The notes: a model not told the origin generated them from the sequence alone. 64,000 nucleotides of DNA from Macrostomum lignano (GCA_002269645.1 NIVC01000327.1:186001-250000); one strand, 5' to 3'; counted from the stretch's first letter, positions 25,949 through 37,244 are shown. Translations and numbers: made by a program.

Positions 25949-26067
25949 ATATAGCCTTGGAAATATCCATCCTCAAGAATTTGGCTAGTTGCCAATGCAA
26001 TGGGCAACCAAAAATAGCCATTGGCAACTAGCCAAATTCCCGAGGATGGATATTTCCAAGGCTATAT
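25949..26067. repeat. 49-bp near-perfect inverted repeat with a 21-nt spacer
   Basis: ATATAGCCTTGGAAATATCCATCCTCaaGAATTTGGCTAGTTGCCAATG versus the reverse complement of 26019-26067: only two mismatches. Confidence 0.9.
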
Positions 26068-26939
26068 GGAAACCAAACCAAAAATAGCCATTGGCAACTG
26101 GATTTCCAACCTTAAAAGAAACCCAGTCTATTATGCTTCTTCACTTTGATTCTACATATGGCTTTGAATTGTTGATGTAATTTTGGAGAATCCATCGTGG
26201 GAGTTAGCATTTTTCCATTGTTTTACTCCATCCCAATGGTTAGTACAATCTATGGTCCCACTTATAGTTCCTGAGGAGAGGACTAAAGTTTCACTATGTC
26301 TACTTACTACTAACTAGATCATGCAATAAACTAGAGCCAATAAAACTTTTATTTCTTGGTTCATAAAAAGTCTACAATCTATAGCCATAATCTATAGCCA
26401 TATTAATTTTTTTTCTCATATGCGTCTTTGATTCATACCATTACTTAACTTTTAACATTTATACAAATTCAACTTTCTGCTAATATGATTAGTATAATAA
26501 TTTATGGCCTTGTCAAATGTTTGATTGAGGGCATACTAATGCAGCATTCAAATTTCCAATAAACAATGAGGCATTTATTGCACTGACTAGTGGAATTATA
26601 GATTCTTTTAAAAATGTGTGTTATGCCAAAAAGTTGCAAAATATCAATATAAGCAAAAAACTGTCATAGCATAGATAGGGAACAATTGAGCTTTAGCACA
26701 TATTATTATTTGGCTATAGAGAATAATAATTTTTGCACTAATAGGTTAACAAATTTGTTATTAATTTTGTAAGTGAATGACAAATTCATCATTAAAATGA
26801 ATGACAATATCAATGACCAAAGATGCAAAGAAAGAACAAAAATTCTTTCTCTAGCTCATGTATGCCAAAAACAAAATTACAATTTATAACTAAAATTTAT
26901 TGCTTCAAAAATTTCAATATTTAAAACTTATTGTAACTA

Positions 26940-27245
26940 TGTAACAGGCCTTTTAGCTCTTTCTAGAAATTCTGCTAATGCCACCAAAGTTATAACAGGC
27001 CTTTTAGCTCTTCTAGAAATCCTGCTAATGCCACCAAAATTATAACAGGCCTTTTAGCTCTTTCTAGAAATCCTGCTAATGCCACCAAAGTTATAACAGG
27101 CCTTTTAGCTCTTTCTAGAAATCCTGCTAATGCCACCAAAGTTATAACAGGCCTTTTAGCTCTTTCTAGAAATCCTGCTAATGCCACCAAAGTTATAATA
27201 GGCCTTTTAGCTCTTTCTAGAATCTTACTAATGCCACCAAAGTTA
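26940..27245. repeat. ~51-bp minisatellite (ACAGGCCTTTTAGCTCTTTCTAGAAATCCTGCTAATGCCACCAAAGTTATA)
   Basis: About 6 tandem units; single related units occur near 30770-30990 and 36140. Confidence 0.9.
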
Positions 27246-27719
27246 ATGTAGGACTTGCTTCTGTCCCTATAAATAATCCCACTGGTTAGCCACCTGGTTG
27301 TCCTTTTATTTAATTAATGTACCTTTGCACAAAAACTTGTACTCTTATTATTGGTTTTATATCTGCTTTTCTATCTACTTCTATTGGTAGCATCTACTTA
27401 TCTTATTAGTAGCATCTGTACATGTACTGTACTCTTTGGCCTGAGTGGTCTAATGGCACTGTCCACTCCTATAGGTTTTCTCTCAGTCCTGGGCATTCCC
27501 TGAATCAGAGAGTCACAGCCTTAGCGAATTCTCTGCCCTGGATTATATGCTTTGACATATAATAGGCCTAGTACAGGATCCCTATAGGCCATAGGCCAGA
27601 TCATGCTGAGTATATACCCAAACAAAAATTAAATAATTACAAATGCAAGCTGAGAAAAAATTGAATAGGCCTACATACTCATTCTCAAAATTATGCAAGT
27701 ATTGTGACAATAAATAACT

Positions 27720-29980
27720 TTTTTATGTTCCAACCCAGGACTTCAACGTGAGAACTTGGGCACCAGGTGGACGCTTCACTACACATTGGCGGACAAACGA
27801 GGTCGTGGAGGATTTGGAGTGCTGATCGGACCAAGGCTGCAGCAGAGCTGTCGCTGCAACTCCCTGTCCCCTTGGCTGCTTCGGGTTGACGTCTGGCTTC
27901 ACGGCCGGAATGCTTGCCTGTTCTGCAACCGGCCCAGCGCGGGCAGCCAGTCTGGCAGGACGACCCCAAGATTTGGCAAGCGAAGGAGGAGGTGGAGAGG
28001 CTCTGTCTGAGCAGACAGCCAACCCGCGAAGCAGAGAATGTACTGGCGGCTATCTATCTCAACATACATGCGCAACCTCCAAAATTCGGTCGGCCATGCG
28101 ACTTAGTTTTAACAAAAATGCGAAGTAGTTTTTGGCCAAAAATGCGACTTGCATGTAAAAAAAACCGTAAAACAAAATTAACGCAAGTTTGGGTAAACGG
28201 CAGGAGTAACTATGACTCTCTTTTTAAGCCAAAATGCCTCGTCAGCTACTTAGTACTACTACTTGGGTGTTTTAGGGTGGGAATTTTTGCGACTTTCTTG
28301 GTTGGTCGCCAAATCGGTCAGTCGGATCGGCCAACTGTTGCGCATGTATGTATCTCAAGCGCCAGCAGGCGGTCAGCCGGAACGGCCGACTGTTGCGCAT
28401 GTATGTATCTCAAGCGCCAGCAGGCCGCTGTTGACGACGCTATTCAGGCTGTCTCTGCTGCTGGGCCCGATGCCAGAGGGCGCGTGGCCTGGTCTGCCAT
28501 CAATGCTCTGACGGGACGAAAACGGCGCTTTGCGCTAAACCTGGCAGGCGACACTGCGGATGAGCGCAGAAATGAGCTGCGTGAGTTTTTCACCGCCATT
28601 GTCAACGCGCCGCCACCCCTGCTGCCAGATAACCTGACGCTGTCGCCGGAGACGCCGTTGCTGGCAGAGGAGAGTTTCAGTGTAGCCCCAGTCAGCACAG
28701 CCGACGTTGTGAAGCTCGCCCAGCTGTCACTGGGCGGCAAGGCGCTGGGTCCGGACAAGGTGCCCATCGAAGCATTGAAGCGCCCAGAGCAGAACGGCTT
28801 CCGACCCCATTGCAGCACAGTGACGCAGATCCTGGCTCTTCTCCGAGTCATCGAGGAGGCGCGGACTCGCCAGTCGATCCTGATTGTCATCTTTGTTGAT
28901 TTCAAGAAGGCGTTTGACTCGGTTGTCAGGGCTGCGCTCCCAATTGTGCTCCGTGCGTACAACGTGCCAGAGGCTGAGCAGCTGGTTTCCGCCATCATAG
29001 CGATGTACTGCGACACGAAAGCTGCTGTGACAACGCCGGACGGCCTATCAGATTTCTTCGAGACCTCCTCGGGGGTTCTTTAAGGAGATACGCTAGCGCC
29101 GTTCTTGTTCATGCTGGTGCTTAACTGGGTGCTGCGGACTGCACTTCCCTCCAACGACGATGACTTCCTGCTGCGGCGACGCGTGGGTCGACATCAACCG
29201 CAGAGGCGGCTCAGCGTGCTTGGTTACACCGACGATCTCGCCCTGCTGTCCTCTACCGTTGAGGGCGCCCAGCGACAGCTTGATCGACTGGTTGCTGTTG
29301 CGGCGAGTGTTGGCCTGATGATCAACGCACAGAAGACCGTCGTGCTGTGTGTGTCAGACGACATTGAGGCTGCTATCCTATGCCGAGGCGCTGACGGACA
29401 GGCAACGGAACCTTTTTGCGATGTCAGCATTTCTTCTACCTCGGTGGTCTGGTCCCTTACGTACGCGAGGATCTGCGTCGTCGCCGCGGGCTTGCCTGGG
29501 CTGCCTTCCGCTCTGTGAGGGCAGTCCTGCTGTCTGAGGCCCTTCCGGACCACCAGAGGGCGGCATTGTTCCAGGCGGTAGTCGAAATTGTTCTGCTTTA
29601 CAACCCCGAGACCTGGGCGCTGACAGACTTTTTCAAACATCAAGATCGGCGACGAGCGAGTCACCAATGTGGCACTCTATCGCCGCGCCGGCCTGGCCCG
29701 TCCAAGTGACCTGCTGCACCGTTGGCGACTTCAGCTGGCAGGTCATTTCATCCGCGCCGAGTCGTACTGCCCACAGCTGGTGCAGGAGGTGCTGCTGCTC
29801 ATGCTGCAGGCACCCTACCAGCGAGGACAGGCACGCACTCGGCGTTTCGTCGACTGCCTGCTGGCTAATGCCAGCGCCCCGGACTCTGCCAGCAAAGCAG
29901 CCTATGTTTGCACTTTGGCCTTGAGACGCACCCTGTGACACTAGAGACTATCCAGTGTACTTTGTTGTTGTTGTTTTTTG
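27720..29980 (+). pseudogene. Decayed non-LTR retrotransposon (RTE-like): APE endonuclease remnant plus reverse transcriptase
   Basis: FNVRT and GRGGFGVLI (APE-like); QNGFRP...FVDFKKAFDSV, GVL*GDTLAPFLF with a premature TAA at 29081-29083, YTDDLALL, LLYNPETWALT. Frameshifts and an apparent internal deletion; (TTG)n tail near 29961-29980; possible degenerate TSD TTGTGACAA at 27702 and 29981. Confidence 0.9.
28063..28350 (+). mobile_element. 288-bp MITE, TIR CATACATGCGCAAC, 8-bp TSD TATCTCAA, inserted in the LINE
   Basis: TSD at 28055-28062 and 28351-28358; removing the insert and its duplicated end restores LINE AAIY-LKRQQAAVDD. An 8-bp TSD points to the hAT or P superfamily. Confidence 0.92.
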
Positions 29981-31402
29981 TTGTGACAAAAAAATATCCT
30001 TTTTGAATTGCATAATGAACCAGACCCTTTTTAGCAGATAATTTCTTTGATTTTTTTATTGCAAGCTTAAACAACCTCAAAAGCTTGAAATTTATGCTTA
30101 AAAAACTTTTTTCAACTCTTTTCATCCTTTTTCTACTTTACAATAACTTTTCTGTGTGATTCTATAAAGTGCATGCTAGGTATGCATGCACACAATTTTC
30201 TTAGGAGTGATGCAGGCCAACTGTGTATGCCTACTTTTGGTGTGCAAAAAACAATAATTACTGCCTTAAATAAATCAAATGATGGTTAAATACTATGGCA
30301 AAATCCAAAAAGTTGGGATAAAATGGTAAAACAAATCTGTGGACATTTGATTGAAGGTAATGTATCTAAAAAGCCTTTTAAAAGACAGATAAGTCTTTTA
30401 AAATAGTTACAGATAAACACTATTATTTTCATGCTTTACATTGTTAAATAAAGTTGACCAATTTACAATTTTTTGTTTCACTTTTTTTCATTATTAAACA
30501 ATTAATTTTAAGACTTGTAGACCTTAGAGAAGGCTAATTTTTTCACTACTTACAAAACAGAGAGTATGTGTCTTACTTTTCATTTTATTCAAAAAGATGA
30601 AGGATTTCTAAGAATTTCTAAGTTTTTCTAAAACCACATAAACTTGCAAAAATTCATACTAATTTTAAGTGCAAAGTTTGCTAGCAAATATCTTTCTCTA
30701 AAAGTAAATATACTATTAATTCATTGTTGCAGAATGATCTTCAAGTTGTTTTAAGTTAATTTATGTCACAGGGGTTTTCCTCTGTCTTTATGAACAATCC
30801 CTCCGCTGGCACCAAAGTTGTGACAGGGCTTTTTCTTTCTTCTTAATAATATCCCACCACTGATACCAAGTTGTTGCTGGTGTTGGTTCTGTCCTCCAAC
30901 TATCCCACTAATTGCCACGAAGTTGTTACAGGTTTATATTTTTTTCTATTAAATTCTATTGTTGACACCAAATCTTGCCTTAATTCTTAACTGTTTCTTA
31001 GAACTTCATTCAAATAGTTCTGGGTAGCCTTCTTAGTAGTGTTTCTGGTAGCATTCTGGTAGCGTTTCTGGTAGCATTCTAGTAGCTTATGGCCTGAGGG
31101 TCTAGTACTGGTATATGTATTTCCTCTCTCCAGTCTGGGCGTTACTGAGATTAGAGGGTCACAGCGATTACTCTTAGTACTACCCTTTGCATACATGCGC
31201 AACTGCTGGCCGACCTGGCCGATTCGGCCACCGTAAATCGTGGCTGACCAGGGGTAAGTCGCAAAATTGAGTCAACCAAAAACAGAAAAACACAAGAACC
31301 AAGAAAGGCAAGAGGAAAGCGAAAGAAAGAGCAGTTCAGGGAAAATAATGAAGCAAAAGAAAAACAATTCGCAAAAGAAGCAAACTAAGTTGTAAAAATA
31401 AT

Positions 31403-32470
31403 CAGGTAAGTCGCAAAAAGGATCAGGTAAGTCGCAAAAAGGATCAGGTAAGTCGCAACAGGAATCAGGTAAGTCGCAACAGGAATCAGGTAAGTCGCAA
31501 AAGGGTTAGGTAAGTCGCAAAAAGGATTAGTTAAGTCCCAAAAAGGATTAGGTAAGTCGCAAAAAGGATCAGGTAAGTCGCAAAAAGGATTAGGTAAGTC
31601 GCAAAAAGGATTAGGTAAGTCGCAAAAAGAATCAGGTAAGTCGCAAAAGGATCAGGTAAGTCGCAAAAGGATCAGCTAAGTCGCAAAAGGGTTAGGTAAG
31701 TCGCAAAAGGGTTAGGTAAGTCGCAAAAGGGTTAGGTAAGTCGCAAAAGGGTTAGGTAAGTCGCAAAAGGATCAGCTAAGTCGCAAAAGGATTAGGTAAG
31801 TCGCAAAAAGGATTAGGTAAGTCGCAAAAAGGATTAGGTAAGTCACAAAGGGTTAGGTAAGTCGCAAAAGGATTAAGTAAGTCGCAAAAAGGATTAGGTA
31901 AGTCGCAAAAGGGATTAGGTAAGTCGCAAAAAGGATTAGGTAAGTCACAAAGGGTTAGGTAAGTCGCAAAAGGTTAGGTAAGTCGCAAAAAGGATTAAGT
32001 AAGTCGCAAAAAGGATTAGGTAAGACGCAAAAAGGATTAGCTAAGTCACAAAGGGTTAGGTAAGTCGCAAAAAGGATTAGCTAAGTCACAAAGGGTTAGG
32101 TAAGTCGCAAAAAGGATTAGCTAAGTCACAAAGGGTTAGGTAAGTCGCAAAAAGGATTAGGTAAGTCGCAAAAGGGTTAGGTAAGTCGCAAAAGGATTAG
32201 GTAAGTCGCAAAAAGGATTAAGTAAGTCGCAAAAAGGATTAGGTAAGTCACAAAAGGATTAGGTAAGTCACAAAGGGTTAGGTAAGTCGCAAAGGGTTAG
32301 GTAAGTCGCAAAAGGATTAAGTAAGTCGCAAAAAGGATTAAGTAAGTCGCAAAAAGGATTAGGTAAGTCGCAAACGGGTTAGGTAAGTCGCAAAAGGATT
32401 AGGTAAGTCGCAAAAAGGATTAAGTAAGTCGCAAAAAGGATTAGGTAAGTCGCAAAAAGAAGCAACTAAG
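31403..32470. repeat. 20-21-bp minisatellite (AGGTAAGTCGCAAAAAGGATT) inside the 2.8-kb element
   Basis: About 50 tandem units. Confidence 0.96.
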
Positions 32471-32619
32471 TCGCAATAAGAGGGAAGTAAGTCACAATCA
32501 GAGGCAATCAGGGGGTAGTAGGTGCAAGTGTGGCAGGAGAGCAAAAACAGAATAGAAGCCTTCAACCACAGACAAGATCTTTGAAATCAGAAGCCCGCGT
32601 CATTTCTTTAACTCTGGAG

Positions 32620-32670
32620 CAGGGGTTGGCAAACTCCGGCTCGCGAAGCCCCTCTATCTGGCCCTCGCCC
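32620..32670 (+). mobile_element. Possible orphan hAT-like left terminus (CAGGGGTTGGCAAACTCCGGC)
   Basis: Resembles hAT/Charlie CAGGGG..CAAACT termini; no partner end found. Confidence 0.35.
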
Positions 32671-32714
32671 CTCGGGTTCTTTGAAACTTCCTAACTTCGA
32701 GTAGCAAGGTTGGT

Positions 32715-33395
32715 GTCTCTTCAACTCTCATCTCTCTCTTCTTCTCTACCTTGCCTCCCCTCTTCTCTCTCTCCCCCCTTTTCCCTCTTCTCTCTCCTCT
32801 CATTTTTACTCTCCTCTCTTCTCCCCCTTTCTCTCTACCCTTTCTCCTCAATGCCCTCTTCTCTCCTCTTATCTTCAGCAAAAATATGTGCATATTTTCT
32901 TACTTCAAAGTAGAGGGAATAGAAGATTAGAGATAAGCAAACAGAGGAGAGGCGAGCGATGCGATGGGAGAAAAGATAGAAGAGGAGAGAAAAGCTGAGG
33001 GAGGAAAAAGAGATGAGAGAGAAGAGGAGATGAGAGAAAAGAGGAAAGAAAAGATGATGGATAAGATCAGAAGAGAGGAAAGAGGAAAGAGGAGAGAGTA
33101 GATGAGAGAAGAGAGGATAAAGAGGAGATGAGAGGAGAGTGAAGAGAGGAGAGATGAGAGAGTAGAAAAGAGAGGAGAGATAATGAGAGAGTAGAGTGGA
33201 GAGAGACGAGAGGGAAGATAAGATGAGAGAGTAGAGTGGAATGGAGAGAGACGAGAGGAGAGATAAGAATGTAGAGAGGAGACAGAAGAGATAGGAGAGG
33301 AGAGGAAAGAGAGGAGAGAGGAGAGGAAAGAGAGAAGGGATAAGGGATGAGAGAGAAAAGAAAAAGAGGATGAGAAGATTGAGGAATGGAGAGAA
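32715..33395. repeat. CT-rich tract followed by a GA-rich tract
   Basis: Polypyrimidine 32715-32870 and polypurine 32930-33395. Confidence 0.8.
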
Positions 33396-34282
33396 TTTGC
33401 AAAGGCCTCAAATCTTAGTTTAACATGCATTACTCCCATCTTTGCCTTTTTCCTAACTGTTAACAAGTTTTTGTTTGAGCATGACTTCAAATTTAGAATC
33501 TATGCAAAAATAGTTCCAGGAATTAGAATTCAGTGGTTTAAAAATCTGTGGGTTTTCACAGCTTGTATCTCTACTGGATTCGTATTCTGCATCTGATGAG
33601 CCATCTGAATCAGGGCTCTCATCTTCCATGCCAAATCGTCTAGCAAATCGTTCTTGAGCTATAGGTAGGGCCTAACACTGTATTCACTTCACTTACTTCT
33701 GGACATTCATGAATCATGACTTTTGTAGTATGCTCACTACACTGTACTGACAATTTACTAATTGCTTCATGCCGCCACTAGATGACATACTGATTAGCTG
33801 TTATAAAAACGCGGAATCTGCACGCAGCACTAATTAGCTGGCGAGGCATTTAGCTTTAAAAAATATAGTCATAGTTACTCCTGCCGTTTACCTAAAGTTT
33901 TTGCTTGGCTCTTTCATAGGTAAGTCGCATTTTTTATCGAAAACTAAGTCGCACGGCCAGCGTAATTTCAGAAGTTGCGCATGTATGACCCTTTGCATGA
34001 ATCCCAAGTGCAACCTTTAACCTTCTTCACAATACTCTTAGAAATGAACAATGGTCTGAGAAAGATTTATTGAACACATTTTGAGCTTATAGCTAGTGAA
34101 CAAGTTGTCTCTTCTTCCTCTCAGCCTGCTCCTATTTATACTATTCGAATGTGTATATTTTTAACAAATATCAAATATTTTATATTTATTTTCAACTATA
34201 TATAGAATATTTTGTAGAGTAAAACAAATTATTAGCGCAGATTCAAACTGTTATATTCCTAGAGACTATTAACCACATCTAC

Positions 34283-34531
34283 ATTTAATTGAACGATGCA
34301 TTTTACACAATACTGTGCATCTTCAGGTTTATTTTTGCAACTATATTGCTATCATTCTATCCCTGGACTTTGCCTCTTAATTTTTGGACCAACAACCATG
34401 TACTTCAAATATTGATTGAATTTACACCCCAAAATTTTGTATTTATCTATTGCCAATCTCACTTGTTTCTTTGACTCAAAAATAAACCAGAAGATGCACA
34501 GTATTGTATGAAATGCATCATTCAATTAAAT
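34283..34531. mobile_element. ~250-bp MITE-like element with ~54-bp TIRs
   Basis: ATTTAATTGAACGATGCATTTTACACAATACTGTGCATCTTCAGGTTTATTTTT versus the reverse complement of 34478-34531, with about 4-5 mismatches. Confidence 0.7.
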
Positions 34532-34992
34532 TAATTTAATGTTGATTTTTGCCTTCCTATTATCTTACTTGCTAAGCAAGCAACTTTACCTGAAATAAGT
34601 TGTTTTCTTTCATTTAAATATCAACTTGTATAGTATTAGTGTATATAATATGCTAATACTATGCCAAAATACTATGATATTAAGTACAAAATGTGAACTC
34701 AGCATCCAAATCAAATGCTTTTTGTAGCTTTATAAGGCAACAAATAACAATGAAATTACACTTAAATATGTATCATTGAAGTATGTATGCAGGAAAAAAA
34801 AATTTTTAAATTGCTTCAATAGAAGCTGAGTAAAATGCAATTTTTTGATCCTTATAAGAATTACAATGTGTTACCCAGCTTCCAAATCAGATGCTTACTA
34901 TATGCTTATTAAGCAACAAAGAACAATAAAATTACACTAAAATATGTATCATTGAAGTGTATATGCAATGGCTATTAAAACTAAGGCTATAC

Positions 34993-35565
34993 ACATAGTC
35001 AGGATGATGTACATTATGCCGGAAATTTCCGTTATACAATTGAAAATTTAATTTTTTTGGTCTACAATTGGCATAAAAATGAGGCAAAATATATTTGGCC
35101 TACCTTTTGGCATGATGCCGTGGCATAAATATGCCAAGTAGCGTACGCAAACTCCAACCTTCATGCCAAAGTTAATATTAACAATTGTTGGCATAACACT
35201 GTAACCTCAGAATGTTATTATAAAATCATAAAAACCATAAAACTTGTAAGATGAAAGTTCATAACTATTCGTGATTTATAAACATTTAAAATTCCACACA
35301 AACTAATTGTGTTAATTTTCTAAAAAAACTTAAACAAAAAATTGATTTTTGTTGGCATTATCTATAAGCCAATTTACTTTAAATGAAAACCACACATTTG
35401 TTAAATTTTTATTGTTAAAAAATGTGTAACACGCAAAAAAGGTCATTTATTGTCGTAAAGCCTAGAAAACCTGGCGTAAGTTCCTAGGACATAGTTCCTA
35501 GTGGCATAGATTTTTTAAAGGGACTTTTTATTCCGGCGTATACCATGACATGATCCTGACTATGG
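34993..35565. mobile_element. 573-bp MITE, TIR (A/C)CATAGTCAGGAT(G/C)ATGT, 8-bp TSD GGCTATAC
   Basis: TSD at 34985-34992 and 35566-35573; imperfect TIR similarity extends ~35 bp to GCCGGAA. Confidence 0.75.
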
Positions 35566-37244
35566 GGCTATACATGAATAATTTGGGTATCAGTCCACTT
35601 TGGCAACAACCATTTTGGCAACAAGTTATATTGGCAATAGCCAATTTGGCAACAACATTAATAATGTGTTTATTTTAATTTTTAAAGTGAGGTAATAGTC
35701 AAAGTCTTCACAAAGTTAAAACAAAGCAGTAAGAAATAAAAAACCAATCTGGTCTTCTTTATGCTTGTTGCATGGTCTTTTCCATTCCCAGAAAAGTCCA
35801 TTCCTGGAATATGTCCATTCCCATCTATAGCCTCTTGCAATTTGTGCATAGAATGTATTGTCTACATGTACCTACCAAACTGTACTTAATAACTATCTTA
35901 ACTTACTGTCACTCTGATAAAGGTGAATTGAGGATAGCACATGCAGCCAGCAGGCTCTCTAGAGTCCTCTTTCTTGTCAGCCAACCTTTCCCTACCTTTC
36001 CCTGAAGCTGTACATGCCAAGAATAACCACCAGCCTTGCTCCTACCCTTGCTTTCATTTCTTGCTTACGCTGTCACTGAAATGGCTATCACTGACATTGA
36101 TTTAACTTGTTATTGAAATAGTTGTTGCCAAATTGGTGTACTAGGCCTTTTAGCTCTTTCTAGAAAATCTCAATTGCTGACACTAAAGTTGTGCTAGGGG
36201 TAACTCTTTTTACTGAAATTGTCAAAGGGCTAAACTTTCTACACTATTCTTTAAGTTGGTAGCTGCCACCAGGATTACCCTATTAATAAATTATGAGTTT
36301 ATCAATTTTAGAATAATCCAAGGAATGTTTCTTAGAATTGATCTGAGTATATACCTTAGTATTTAGTCTGAGTATATTGTTCTTAGAATATTATTTTGCC
36401 CTTACAGTTTTTATCATTCTCTTGTTATTCCAGTAGCATTTATTATTGTTCTGGTAGCATTTATTATTATTCTGGCCTGAGTGGTCTATTGGCTATATTG
36501 GTATATGTATTTCATGTACTTTGCAAGTCCTTGGCATTACCAAGATCAAAGGGTCACAGCCTCCGATTATTCTTACACTTATTACTTCGGAACTATTTTA
36601 TATTTCTTATTACTCAATTCTCTCCCTCACAGTTGTATATACTATATATATTCTCATCTACTTCACTCTTATGTCTGCAAATGAATAACTTGGAAAACGG
36701 CTCCTCTTATATTTATTTGGAACACTCCTTTCTTTCTATGCTTACTTCTTTCATAGGAGCTGTACGAAGGCAAGTTGCTCTCTCTTTGGCTCAGATTGCG
36801 TCTATTTATACTAAATTATTCTGTAGTTTTAAACAAAAATTAATTTGCAAAAATATTTTGGAAAACATGTACATTATAACAAATTGTTTGCTTAGTATTT
36901 TGGCACGAGTTTAAAAGTATCAAATTGTAAAAATATAGATTGCCCTGCACATTGGTTTGTCATCAAAGTGGACTAATATTTAATTATTTGTGCTTTTATA
37001 GATGTTTCTAACTTTTTAAAACTAAAAAAAAATTATAGCTTTATTGCTTTCAAATTGCCAAAAATGAATTTTTAAAAAACTTGCCCTTGATTTTTGAATT
37101 TTGCCATATAAATAAATATGAAATCATCCAATAAGATAGTCATATATTAAGATAAATTTTCTTAAAGATGATTAAGTTAAAATTCTCTTCTTATTAGATG
37201 CTTTGGACTTAATAATCCTTAAAGTAAAGTAAAAAGTAACTCAC

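Larger units (their letters stand above)
31190..33987 (-). mobile_element. 2.8-kb non-autonomous TIR element of the same family, in opposite orientation
   Basis: TIRs CATACATGCGCAAC / GTTGCGCATGTATG; 8-bp TSD ACCCTTTG at 31182-31189 and 33988-33995; subterminal homology to the 28063 element at both ends. Confidence 0.92.

Noticed and set aside
28191-28254. Annotating the 28S-like segments as rRNA genes
   Set aside because: Only ~65 bp, mutated at universally conserved positions and embedded in TIR elements; treated as captured fragments.
35890-36030. Minus-strand exon with a GTAAGT donor near 35895
   Set aside because: The acceptor is purine-rich and weak and the frame is ambiguous.
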